This document shows, in pieces, positions 39,491 to 52,179 of a DNA stretch of 64,000 nt. The first letter of the stretch is position 1. Every line of letters begins with the position of its first letter. This DNA is from Marsupella aquatica. Its lineage: Eukaryota > Plantae > Marchantiophyta. Below the pieces are notes generated by a model. That model had not been told where the DNA came from. It saw nothing but the letters and a program-made list of their open reading frames with translations, and did not search any database. The DNA is taken from NCBI GenBank assembly GCA_973895155.1, contig OZ316898.1, forward strand, positions 808,751-872,750, in the 5' to 3' direction. The position numbers were made by a program, and so were the translations under genes.

Positions 39491-42400
39491 ACTTCACTCT
39501 GGTTCCGTGAGGCTCAAAGAGGTCACCGCTAAGAATCTCGAACAATATTTACGGACCCCATTAGAGGTCCCTTCCAAAATTCAAGACTCCATAACGTGCA
39601 AACAGGAACGGATTGGTTTCCAAATTAAAATTTCTCCATCTTTCGTGTTTGTTGCAAGTTTTTGGTAAAATTGAGGACACCATGCCATAAAACATGATGT
39701 AAAATTATTTCAAATAACCCATTTTAATTACCCTGAGTAATCGACTGTGCATTTAGTAATAGGTCCACCCTCATTCTGAATTCTAATTCAATTGAAAAGA
39801 GGATAGCAAAAGAAACGTTTATCCAGAAGCGCGGTGATGGTGGGGGCATTGCTAAGCAACGAAGGGCCGCCAATGATGAGGATGTTGAAATGAAAAGTGA
39901 GGATCATGAGATTAAAATTCACCATGAGAAGAAACATACAAGGACAATAAGAAAAACTATGTTGATAATAGATGAGTGAGACAACCATCAACCACATGAG
40001 GTCTTGCACTGTCTGGCACTCTTAATTAATTTGCAGAAGAAAGATCGACTGGCACCCTGCAAGATCAACAAGCTAATCAAGATCGAATTCATGAGAATCA
40101 CAAAACAGATAGGGGTCCACGAACTAATTGAGCGTGAGGGTAATCTTCAAGTTAGGATGAAATGGGCAAGGGAGGATATGTATGGTTCATGGACGCCTAT
40201 CAATATAAGTTTATACAATAGATTCCCACTACTCTCTTTATTTCGTTGCAAATTGGCTTCCCTAAACTATCTGAATAAGATATTTTTGTAGGGGTTCTTC
40301 TAAAGTGAGATATTTTGGATACTTGGGCCAAATTAGGTCAACCATGATTACAGGTTTTGAACCACTGACCCAGCTTGGTTGAATCGTGAGTCGGATTTCA
40401 ACCACAAACTGTGTGCGATCAAACTGTAGGCGTTGATTGGTCAGGGATGGCCCTCTCACTACCAGAATGACAGACCTGCGAGATTAGGACCATTAAAAAC
40501 TGAAGACATTCATGTGAATGCCTTACTTTTGGTAACCTTCATTCCATGTTTAGGCATTTGCTGTAGGACGGTAGTTGAGGCTCAAGGTTTTAGGAGTTCA
40601 AACAAGTTTTTTACCAGGCCATCACGGGTTGTGTGGGTTTTGCTAAGAGTTATGTTGCATTTGAATGTACAATAAAGTGAGGTGCTGACCTAAATGGTGC
40701 ATGGATTCTGTAACTTGAGAGAGGTGATTTCAACTGTTTTTGGCAATTTTTGCGATTCAGTAGTTGTTTTACAGATTTTCCTTGAGCACGTAAAAAGCAA
40801 AAATGGTGTCATAAAGGCACTGAAGGGTTTTTTGGACCATGTACAACTTGGAGCTTGATATGGAGATTATCTTAAGGTGACACAACATTTTGCCTTGGCT
40901 AATGTACTTTTTGCTCACTCATGCTGTCCAGGGCAAGACAAATGGGGTCCAATTTGCAAAAACCATTTCTGGGGGTCCATCAAGTAAGAATTTCTGGGGG
41001 TTGCAAGCTAGAATAGCATGTTCTACCCAAAGTTTCCCACTAAAATTGCATGTAGTTTATTCAAGTGTGAGCCCTGCTTAATAGATGACAAGTTGATAGT
41101 TATTGCAAAACATGGATATACCCTAAAAAATATATCAAGGACATTTTACACTTATGAGCCCTTACCGTGGAGAGACTAATATTAGAATTGGAAACCAAGC
41201 TAGCCCATACCTGTGCCAAAATCTTAAAATAGGGCAAATTTCAAGCCAAAATTAGAGGGAGAATACCAACAGGGACAGTAAAAATAACCTCCCCTCAAGA
41301 ACAACCACAGTCATTTATGTTTCTCCTTGACCACTCTCTTAAACAAAATATAGTCTTGCAACCCCACCTCCAACCCAGAGACAAAGGGATGAGCAAGTGC
41401 CCTCTTGAAAGCAAGTACCATAAGATGTTCAGCCTTCTCAGATTACTGTCTTATAGCAACATTTTATTTATATGCAGTTTTATTTCAATTTACCTCAGAC
41501 AAGGTGCATTTCCTGTATTATTGGACTTTGAAATTTCTTTTGTCCCCCACTTAGTTTATCTTAATTTCCTTTTTCTAGACCACTTATGTTGCCACTCTTT
41601 TTTCAATGTTGCGAACGCTTTGGGAAAATATGTTACATTTATCCTTGTATTTAATTATGCAGTGCAGTGTCTCCATCCAACACAAAGTTGCTGGCCAGTT
41701 CCATACACTAAACTTTAAATGTCTGCACCCCAATGTGTCAAGGAGATAATAAATGCAATAGCCTGAGTATAAGGTGCCCGCTTGCTCCAGTCTTTTAGAC
41801 CACCTCAAGAGGAGGTCCAAATTTTGAGAAAAAGGCATGTACACATCAACCAAAAACAAGAGCCCAATGGAAGATTACTAGGATAAGTAAAGATGATAAC
41901 TAGGATAATTAATTTGAGGACCCCTTGGTTATTTAAGTTTGATGTTATTCAACAACTAAGTTAAAGCACCTGAAAAGTTGTGTATTGGAATAGCTTTGAA
42001 TATGGAGATGAGGGGGGGGGGGGGGGGAGTGTAGATTTTTCATGGTAGTAGTCCATGCACAACGTTCCCTTGGTACGATTCCCCTTGGTACTATTTCCCT
42101 TGGTACTGTTCCCTTGGTCCACAAAGGCCATGTAAAATGTGTTATAGAAGCCGAAGGGTTTGTTACATTCTTTTGGTATTCTTTTATCCATAGTATTTGA
42201 AGGGTTTTTTTATGTTCCCTTGGTATTCTTTTGTCCATAGTAGTCGAAGGGTTTTTGAGGTTACCTTGGTAAATGTTAGAGTAGTTAAAGTATTTCTTAT
42301 TACCCATGGTTATTTCAAAAATTGATAATTAAGTAAAAAAACTCATACAATCTACTCAAAAACACTGATATATCAATCAGAATCCATCCAAGGGTTATTT

Positions 42401-43523
42401 TATTTTTCACCCATTTCTTTGTTTATTTGTGTAATTGTGTAATTGTATAATTGGGTAATTGTGTAATTTCACCCATTTCTTTGTTTATTGAAATTTCAGG
42501 TCTAATTGTGTTTTTTTTACTTGTCTCAAACACACTTAGTGTTGTTTGGTACTTTTTGTATAATAAACCGGTCTTGTTTGTGACCAATGTGGTAAGACTT
42601 GCTTCCAGATTTTGAAAGGAGATTCCCATGAGGGTCTCAATGAGTTTGCCTGATTGTGCCCCCAATTTCATGTAAAGTGTGACAAGTTCACACTTTTGAA
42701 CAGCTAGTATCGCATCTCCCACATAGAACAATTTATTGAAGTGAAGTGTGTACCAGTTCACAATTTTTGAATGGTAGGATTGTATCTCACACACAGAGAA
42801 TAAAAGGAACTGCTGCCCAAGTCTTTGTACAGGCCAGGGTTTCCACTTTGGCAAAAAAAATCCAATCACCACGCAAAGACTACCTTCGGCGCGACTGGGC
42901 TAGACACCGAACTAGGATTAGAACAGGGAAATCCACCTTGGGCGAGGCCTACAATGGCTTCTCTTTTGACTATGGTACCTGGGCTTGACTTTGGAAGCTA
43001 CATGAGGAGGTCTTGCAGATCCCACTGGTTCCCACGCCCCCCCCCCCCACCTTGAACGTCTAGTTTACAACAGGTGGTAGCTACACTACAGATTAGACTG
43101 ATAGAACTTACCTTCTCTCACAGACCCACTAGATGGAACCTTGCCGGGACCTGATCACTGGCCGGTCTTAGGAGTGTGCTGCTTGTGCTGCTCCCGTTGT
43201 AGTACCTAAATTACTTGTTTAATTGCCCCTTTATGAGGCTCAGCTTCTCCCCCTGGCACCGGCTCCACAAGTCTTTTAGCACATCTACCCTAGGTCCTCT
43301 TGGGTGTGGCCCTTTTTGGTGCCCCTTCTTTTTTGTACGTTGACTATTTGAATGAAATTCACTTGGTTTTTTTGAGGGAAAAAAGAAAAAACTCTCAATT
43401 CCATGTACAGTAGGCTTTGTTTGTGTGTCAAGTGCTATCACCTTGCAGGAAGGAGGCGATCAATCCCCTGTCGATTCTCTGGGATTTGGAATAGGCTCAG
43501 CTCGGCTCATGTAGCTCTGGCTC

Positions 43524-43908
43524 AGTCCACGTCATTTCCAACTGACATAATTCTCGAGGTTTATGATTGGAATTCTAGCAGCAGATGAGGGTTTAACACT
43601 GCCAAGTCCACCTCAATTCCAATTGACATAATTCTCGAGGTTTATGAGAGGGAATTTGAGCGGCACGTCAGGGTTTAACACTGCCAAGTCCACCTCAATT
43701 CCAACTGACATAATTCTCGAGGTTTATGAGAGGGAATTCGAGCGGCAGATCAGGGTTTAACACTGCCAAGTCCACCTCAATTCCAATTGACATAATTCTC
43801 GAGGTTTATGAGAGGGAATGCGAGCGGCACATCAGGGTTTAACACTGCCAAGTCCACCTGACATAATTCTCGAGGGTTTATGAGAGGGAATTCGAGCGGC
43901 AGATCAGG
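43524..43908. repeat. ~82-bp minisatellite (~4.6 copies) immediately upstream of the PPR-DYW gene
   Basis: The unit is CCAA(C/T)TGACATAATTCTCGAGGTTTATGAGAGGGAATTCGAGCGGCA(G/C)ATCAGGGTTTAACACTGCCAAGTCCACCTCAATT. Confidence 0.95.
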
Positions 43909-44151
43909 ATTTTACAATGCCGCTTTCGCAAAGCTCCTCCTCCTCCTCCTCACCACCACAGTCACCGCAATCACTTTGGTGGACATTCACGCAGAGTAGG
44001 AGCAGTAGCGTAGCTGAAACGATGAGGACGAAGGGGAAGAGATTAAATATCATCGCAATGTCTGAGAGGAATACGCGGCTCAGTGTTTTGACGGTCTGAC
44101 TAACGAAGGAGAGCGGGTCCATTGAGAGCGGCGTGGAGGGAAGGGGTTGCT

Positions 44152-47100
44152 ATGACTGAAGTGATGAAAGGGAGCAGCCCAATCCTGCCGGGGTTCGGGC
44201 CGCCGCCACAGCACCAGGCCCGGCACCTCTCCTCTGCGTCCACCTCTGCCTCCAAAGTCCTCTCGTCCCACTTCCAGCCCTGTCGACGGGTTCGACAGCA
44301 TTCCTCGCACACCATCAGGTCCATCCCAAGGTTCTTTCCTACATTTCGTTTGGTCCGTAGTTGTTCAGTTTCTGCAATTCTTGACGTAACTACACATTAC
44401 TTCCTGCTTGTTGTGATCGTCATTTAGATTTCATGTCGCATTCTTCTGTTTTCCGCACATGTTGAACCCTGGAACCTATAAATGGGCCTCTGCATTAATC
44501 CCTCACTCATTGCTGTTGACTGGAAGGTACTCTAAATAGGTTCGACATAGGCATCAATCTATGAGGTTGGGTCCTGTGAATTCTAAGGAGGATTGCTTCC
44601 CTTCCCTTCCCTTCCCTTCCCTTCCCTTCCGAAAAAGTGTCTCCAATGCACACATTCCTTGGTCGCTTCTTTACAATGTAGAGCAATGTCCACCATTTTC
44701 CATTTTTCTAACTTGTAAACTGCGTTTTATTCACTTTCTTCAGGCATCAGCGACAGCAGGTGCTTCTCCTGGATAATGAATTGCAAAATGAAAGTTTTTG
44801 TGTGAAGCATCTCCCATCTTCTTTACGTGGAGATGCCAGAGCGCTGAACCACCAGAGGCCGTTCGACTCGTATCCCACCAGGGAACCGAAGAGAACTGTG
44901 GATGTGCAGGCTTTCAATAGAATGTTTGACGAATCTCATCGATCCTCAGGGAATTATCCCACCCAGCTCCCCACTGCACTGGAGCTTCAATTCCCTTCTG
45001 CTAGCGTAGATAAGAGCAAGAGCCGGGACTTGAATGCTCCTGGGACTTTGGACCAAAATACTTTATCGTCAACGCTCGTAGCTGTCCAGCCCGGTTCGAA
45101 AGCAAGCCACAAGTCAGTACGCACAGTCAACGCTATCTCAGAGCATAGAAGGTCACGCCGAGAGGAAAAGATTACATCTGATCAGCGAGCCCCAAGTCCA
45201 AATAATGGGCGACCTGGTCCAAGGTCCGAATCGACCTACGTGCCCCATAAACAACCTCTCCCAAGAAGCTCATACAGAATTGCTTCTAGGTATTCAAATC
45301 CGAATTGGTCTCGAGACACTGCACAAGGGTATAACAGAATGCACATGCATAGCGCTGGTAGCACGAGTGAAGCAATTGCTATTTTGAAGAATCGCCTACA
45401 ACGAGGTATTACTGTCGACTCGTACATGTATGTTGATGTCCTGAGAAGGTGTTCGAAGCAGAAAGACATTTTAATGGCCAAGCAGGTTCATGACTGCATC
45501 ATTCAGAGTGGAATGGATAAAAATCCATATGTGGCGAGCTCCCTCGTGAATGTGTACATCGAATGCGGGGAATTGTTGAATGCACGCAGAGTTTTTGATG
45601 AACATGAGAATAAGACTGTTGTTACATGGACCAGGATGATTGCAGGATATGCAAAGTATGATCATGCTGAATCTGCATATGAAATTTTCAATCAAATGCG
45701 CCAAGAAGGTTGGCGGCCCGATGAGATCACATATTTGAGCATCCTGAAGGCATGTGCCAGCCCATTAGCTCTCAGATGGGGAAAAGAAGTTCATGTGTGT
45801 ATTCGACATGCCGGTTTTGAATCGGATGTTCGTATAGGGACTGCCCTTCTTAAGATGTATGTAAATTGTGGGTGCATAACGGAGGCAAGACGAGTTTTTG
45901 ATAATTTGACAAATCGAGATGTCATCACATGGACTGTAATGATCGGTGGACTCGCACAACATGGATATGGACATGAAGCATATCGACTGTTTCTCCAAAT
46001 GCGACGGGAAGGCTTCGAACCAAATGCTATCACCTATATGAGCATCCTGAATGCATCTGCAAGTGCGGGGGCTTTGGAGTGGGTGAAGAAGGTTGATGGC
46101 CATGCTAGCAAAGCGGGAATGGAGTCAGATTTGCGTGTGGCCAATGCACTGGTTCACATGTATGCAGAGAGTGGCAGTATAGATGATGCGCGACGAGTGT
46201 TTGACAGAATGGAGAAACGCGATGTAGTCTCATGGAATGTAATGATCGGTGGACTTGCACAACATGGATGTGGCCATGAAGCATATCAATTATTTCTCCA
46301 AATGCGACGGGGAGGGTTTGAACCAGATGCATTCACTTTTGCAAGTATTCTCAATGCATCTGCAAGTGTGGAGGCTTTGGAGTGGGTGAAGGAGGTTCAT
46401 GGCCATGCTAGCAAAGCAGGGCTGGAGTCAGATTTGCGTGTGGTCAATGCACTAGTTCACATGTATGCAGAGAGTGGCAGTATAGATGATGCGCGACGAG
46501 TGTTTGACAGAATGGAGAAACGCGATGTAGTCACATGGAATGTAATGATTGGGGGACTTGCAAAACATGGATGTGGGCATGAAGCATATCGACTGTTTCT
46601 CCAAATGCGACGGGAAAACTTGGAACCAGATGCATTCACTTTTGCGAGTATTCTCAATGCATCTGCAAGTACGGAGACTTTGGAGTGGGTGAAGGAGGTT
46701 CATGGCCATGCTAGTAAAGCAGGACTGGAGTCGGATTTGCATGTGGGCACTGCACTGGTTCACATCTATGCAGAGAGTGGCAGTATAGATGATGCCCGAG
46801 TAGTTTTTGACAGAATGGAGAAACGTAATGTAGTCACATGGACTACTATGATCTTTGGACTTGCACACCATGGATGCGCGCATGAGGCCCTAGCTCTCTT
46901 CAGGGAAATGACTGCGGACCTTGTGAAACCCAACGGGACTACATTTGTAGCAGTGTTGTCTGCTTGTTGTCATGGAGGCCTTGTTGATGACGGCCGTAGA
47001 CTCTTTTCAGCTATGACGCAAGCTTATGGCATCGAGCGTACTGTTGTGCATTATAACTGCATGGTGGATCTTCTTGGGCGCGCTGGACACTTGGAGGAAG

Positions 47101-47753
47101 CAAAGCTCTTCATTGGTGACATGCCAACTGAACCAAATGGGGTAACTTGGAGAGCCTTGCTTGGGGCTTGTAGAACTTACGGTAATGTGGAGTTGGGCGA
47201 ACTTGCTGCTAAAGAGCTTTTCAAGTTGGAACCGAATAAGGACTCTACATATGTGCTTCTTTCCAACATCTATGCTGCAGCTGGCAAGTGGGAAAACGTG
47301 TCTTTGGTGCGCACTATGATGCAAACGAGAGGTGTTCGGAAGGAGCCAGGGCGTAGCTGGATTGAAGTTGATTCGAAGATCCATGAATTTGTCGTAGGGG
47401 ATACATCCCACCCAGAAGCAAAGGCTATATATACCGAGCTCAATAAGTTGAATGAAAAACTGAAGGCTGAAGGGTATATTCCGGATACCCGGCTTGTGTT
47501 GCATGATATCAACGAGGAAGATAAAGAACTAGCTCTTTGCTCTCATAGTGAGAAGTTGGCTATTGCTTACGGACTAATTCACATACCTCAGGAACAGCCA
47601 ATTCGTGTATATAAAAACCTTCGGGTGTGTGCAGATTGCCACACAGCAACCAAGTTTATCTCTAAGGTGACTGGACGCGAGATTATAGCGAGGGATTCAA
47701 ATCGCTTTCACCATTTTAAAGATGGCGTGTGTTCTTGTGGTGATTACTGGTGA
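44152..47753 (+). CDS. PLS-class pentatricopeptide repeat protein with E1/E2/DYW cytidine-deaminase domain (organellar C-to-U RNA editing factor). Proposed exons are 44152-44318 and 44744-47753.
   Basis: The 997-aa ORF has 17 L/S/P motifs, a PG box (PGRSWIEV), HSEKLA, CADCH and a terminal DYW. The ORF-track start (GTG 44760) is preceded by a pyrimidine tract and CAG| acceptor at 44743. Joining CAG|GT at 44318/44319 to 44744 (phase 2) puts ATG 44152 (or 44164) in frame. This adds a Ser/Arg/Pro-rich transit-peptide-like N-terminus (MTEVMKGSSPILPGFGPPPQHQARHLSSASTSASK...). Confidence 0.95.
44319..44743 (+). other. Predicted GT-AG intron of the PPR-DYW gene, containing a (CCCTT)n microsatellite at ~44596-44629
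   Basis: CAG|GTCCAT donor, T-rich body and TTCACTTTCTTCAG|G acceptor. Splicing preserves the reading frame. Confidence 0.7.
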
Positions 47754-48689
47754 CCAGGTTGAAAGCTGTGTTGCGGTGGCGGGAAAGTGACTGTAAACTG
47801 TACTCACTGGCAGCCCAGATATAATCTGGTTTTCGTTGTTTGCCTGATGAGCGGGCACATTCAAATATAATTATTTCGAGAGGCATCTCTGTGACAGGAA
47901 ACTAGCCTTCAGGCTGTGACCGTTCACGAATTTTGTGAGCAACTGGCTGTAAAAGCCATTCCCAATCCTTCAGGAACTCTCACTAACAAACAATGGGGAA
48001 GACATCGTTGGTCACATTGCGTGTTGACAAACATTCAATTCCTAGGTTCACTGGATAACATGTAATGCTATGTGAGTTGTTTCTTGGCAGTCCAAATCAC
48101 AAATATGCGGAATATGTGAGTTGCTTCTTATCAGTGCAAATCACAGATGTGCGTAATGAAGGTCTTGGCTTGATGTGTACGAAAAATGAGAATTTCGGTA
48201 CCTCCAAATTTCTTCGTAAGATTAGGAGACAATTCTTTGCATAAGCGCTCCACTAGCTGCCTTGTCGTGGACATGGGCTTGAAGGAATGATCATACTATC
48301 AATGAAGCCAGGTGAAAACATCAGCAGTGAAATTTTTTTGTTCATGGTTTTTAATTCATCCTGAATGAAAGTATTCCCTGAAAGCAAAGGAGTGAACATT
48401 TAGTTCAGTTGTTCGAGTACCAGCTCCAATTTTCTGTTTTAGTGTGGCTTGAAGGCTTGCTCATCCGAATATTGGCTCAGTTCAATCTGCCGGCCAATTC
48501 CTTCATTTGCTTGCCAGGGTTTAGTTGCGTGTCTCAGACTGAATTTCTCGTTGCAATTGTGGAGGAGAGTTGTGAAGTACTGTAGTAGTTTTAGTTACTT
48601 TCGTTCTCGAGCTGGGAGCATCCAACGTGTCTGCTAGCTCGTAGTTAGCTGTTACTCCCGTAGACTCAGCTGACGACTTGAGAGATAGA

Positions 48690-50960
48690 CGACTAGGATG
48701 TGGGCCCTGCATTCCCCCCTCGGAAAAATCCAAAGAAACAACCAATCGAAATGATTCTTGGAAAGCAATGGAAAATGTAGAGCTGAACATTGGCTGTTTG
48801 GTTGGGGTATGACAGCATAATGAAGCCTCAAAGCAAATTCACAAAATAGAGGACCGGGCAACTAATACATGAAGTCATAGATTTGTCCAGAAGTCATACT
48901 AAGGGAGCCGCATCTGGGACTTTCCTCGTACATGTAAACAGCCCAAGTTGGTGCATTTAAAATTGCTTAATGGTAGAATGCAGCTGGAGAGTGGGAGACA
49001 GTTTTCCCTTGCTCTTTGGGGATGGTACTGGCTTCTTTATTAAACCACCACTATCAATAAAAAAAGGGAACCTGAAGCTGCTGCTGTTGGGAAGGATGGT
49101 TCACGTTTGTGAAGGACCCGTACCAACTGTTAACTGCTGGTTTTGGAAAGACTTGTCTATTTATTCAGACAACTTCTGGATCTCTACTCGAGCACAAATT
49201 CTGCATGCATGTTCTTTGATGTCCAACCTACACTTGGAAAATGTGATCACTTTTATGCGATCACTGGTTCCAACTCCAAAGAAAGACTGTCAAATATCTA
49301 AAAAACGTTTCACTTTTGTGGGGGACACCCTGAGTCCATGAGCAGCTACTCACCATTGGGTAAACTAACTGCAACAAGCTGCAAACGGTCAAGAGAGCAT
49401 GAACAAACAAACGGTCAAGAGACCATTTACAGTTTGTTCACAGGTCAAAGTTTGCTCAAAACTATACAAAGTGATATCTGGGTCTTTTTCAAAATTCTGC
49501 CAAAATGCATCCCAGATTTGCTGGTCCATCCTCGCTTAATTTTCCTACAAAAGGGGAGAGCCAAACCTTCCTTCTTTGTCACATTTCCTTGTATATGAGG
49601 CCACCATGCTTCACAATTTTAGGAATAAATGTTAATGACAGGGAGAGTGCTGGTTTAAGGGTCTACGGAAATTAGACCTCGAGGCTACTTCAATGGTGAT
49701 TAGATAGTATGAGAATACGAGCCCTATGCCAGTGCGTTGCACAGCGCAAGGAGGGTTGGGCCCATAGGGAGTAGGCTGGGGCATTTATGGGACAGCATGG
49801 GGAAACACATATGTGCTAGGGGTGTCCATTTCCTCCAGCAATGGTCAGGGAAAATAGCCAATCGAATCCAATGGTTGTGGATTTTTCCAGCCCATGAGCT
49901 TTTTGTATCGGGACAAAGGACGAAAAAGACAGGATCCCTTATTATAGTTGTAGATCAGGAGGTTTACTCTTTCAACTGGATAATTTGGAGTTCCCAGAGT
50001 GGGTCTCACAGGTGGAAGTGTGTATCTCGATGCCCTATTGGCAAATTGTTGTTTTTTGCTGTTGAAGATGTAGGTTGAACAATTTTTGAAATGTCGGAAT
50101 TGTATACTGAGGTGCATTTTTTCCGCAAACTGCTAAGGTGGGGGTTCCATTATTTCAAAATCCTCCCGTCAGATCTCCCTATATTTGGGGACAATAATTG
50201 GATCTACTTACAAGAAGTGATTGGAGGAAGTAGTTTGGCTAACTAGAGTTCTTTTCTGGCAAATTTAGCCATATACAGCAAAACAATTGGTGGAATGTCA
50301 ATGACAACTTTTGCCACTAAAAGCTCCACCACAACCCATAACACAGTTACTGTTGTTTTTCTAGACAAGGTTCCTTCTTTCCTCTCTCTGTAGATAAGAA
50401 GATGGGTGCCCGCAATGCCAGATGGGTAACCTTACAGCCATCATGGTTCATAGTTGCCAAGAAATTGAGCCTAGTCACCCCCAGTAGATGGAAAGAGGTA
50501 GTTATACTAGGGTCATTGGGTCAAAGTGGGCCAGTTGATGATTGAAAATGAAATGTTATTTATTGCGAGCTGTGCCACAGAAGTATGGAGATGCAATTCT
50601 TGAAAAAGGAGCATGTGGAGAGGAGAGGGTGTTTGTGGAGACTTTTGAGTGTAGTAAGCATCCTACCAAGGGGTTATAGCTTGCAACACCCTAAGGACAG
50701 TCAGCCCAATGGAGTTATAGCCTGTGGTCCTCAAAGAGAGGATGAATTACTGAGCATAAAACCTGACTCGTGAATTTTGAAAACTTTCTCATTCGGTTGA
50801 GCACTGGGCTGCAATGCCACTCATGGGGAGTTACTTCCAGAATCCCTAGAAGCGCGTGCAGCTACATCAGCACTGCTGATCACAAACAAGAATGGTCAGT
50901 TGTGCAAGAAGTATGTGACTACTTGTGTTTAAGGCAAGGCAGAGAAAACAGTTGGACCCT
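48690..50960 (+). mobile_element. Degenerate L1-type LINE ORF2 remnant (RT to zinc knuckle), with many stops and frameshifts
   Basis: Decayed motifs appear in the expected order: LSRSHTKGAASGTFL (~LSRSIRQGCPLAPYLF), LFGDGTGFFI (~LFADDT), DNFWISTRAQI (~FCxASGAKIN), CPQCQ zinc knuckle (~50407) and a C-terminal W-containing motif. Confidence 0.6.
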
Positions 50961-51584
50961 TAGCTGTTAGTAAAAACTGTTAGTAAACTGAAAGTAACAC
51001 TTTAAATAAACAACTAAATGGCTAGAACAAGGGTAAAAGAAAACAACCTTTGAATGGAGTGTGATTGATATATCAGTGTTTTCCCATAAATTATCAGGAT
51101 TTTCTATGTAATTGGCTATTTTTAAAAATAACCATGGGTAATGTAAGAAACCTTCAGCTACCATGTCCAGGGGAATACCAGCTAAGGGAAGATTTTGGCA
51201 ACGAGTTGTACTACATTGGACAAGCTACAAAACCTTAATCACATTTATTTTTGCCATGAAACTGAACGGAGACCCATCCAACAGAGGATAGATGATCTAC
51301 TTTGTAGCATGCACCTCTATAGGGTAGGCACAATGGACAATACCCAGGCATCCAATAGGGACACATACCAGGAGGGAGAGAGAGTTGAACCAAATCCAAA
51401 CAACAAGGTACCAAAGAGAAACCAGTACTCCCAACACTACACCTCACCCACATATACAGTCACTTGTACCGTCCACACCACGGAGAGAGTGTTGAACTAG
51501 GGCCCCAAAGCAACCAGATATGGGCCAAGGAGAAACCAGTACTCCCACCAGTCTCCCCACTCACACATATCCTCCACACACAAG

Positions 51585-51645
51585 GTGTGTGGAGGATTGA
51601 ACTTGCGACCTCTCACTTCTTGGGCCAAAGCATCTAGCTAAGGGC
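51585..51645 (-). mobile_element. tRNA-derived SINE-like head fragment, with a related fragment at ~54040-54070
   Basis: Minus-strand GGTCGCAAGTTCAATCCTCC and GGTCCCAGGTTCAATCTCC resemble a tRNA T-arm/B-box, but no complete cloverleaf is present. Confidence 0.35.
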
Positions 51646-52179
51646 CAAATAGAAACCATTACTCCCACCACTTGGGATCTCTCACTTCTAGGCATTATCC
51701 CTAGCAAGTGACCTAAGCCAGTCGCTTAAACCTGATCAATTTCTCCCCCCATTTGGGACCTCTCACTTCTAGACTAGTCCCTGGCCAAGTGACCAAAGGC
51801 AGTCGCTTAACCTGAATCAATTATTATATTTGGTCTTGAATTGAAATGTGGAAGAACATTTTGTACTTGTCGCTCCCCACCCCTATAGGGACATACTTTC
51901 ATTGTAGGGAACCCATTTTAGGGTAAGGCCCCACAGATCTAACAATATGGACTCACACAAGGAGGGAGAGAGGATTAAATCAGAACTGCAAGGTTGACAA
52001 CCAGGGGCCAAGTAGATAACCAGAATTTCCATCCACTACCATAACCCTATTCATTAAAAGTGTATTTTATTTTGTTCACTTTTTGGTCTCTAAATGTACA
52101 CTTTTAAAACCCAAAAAGTACACTATGGTATAATACTCTACACCTAATACTAGTACATAATTCACCCTTAATCCAATTC

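Noticed and set aside
43524-43908. CRISPR-like appearance of the palindromic 82-bp repeats
   Set aside because: The intervening sequences are near-identical rather than unique spacers, there are no cas genes, and the context is eukaryotic.
44760-44762. GTG start of the PPR ORF as given in the ORF track, and small ORFs overlapping PPR, PES and BRR2
   Set aside because: The GTG is internal to exon 2. The overlapping ORFs are shadow frames of real genes.
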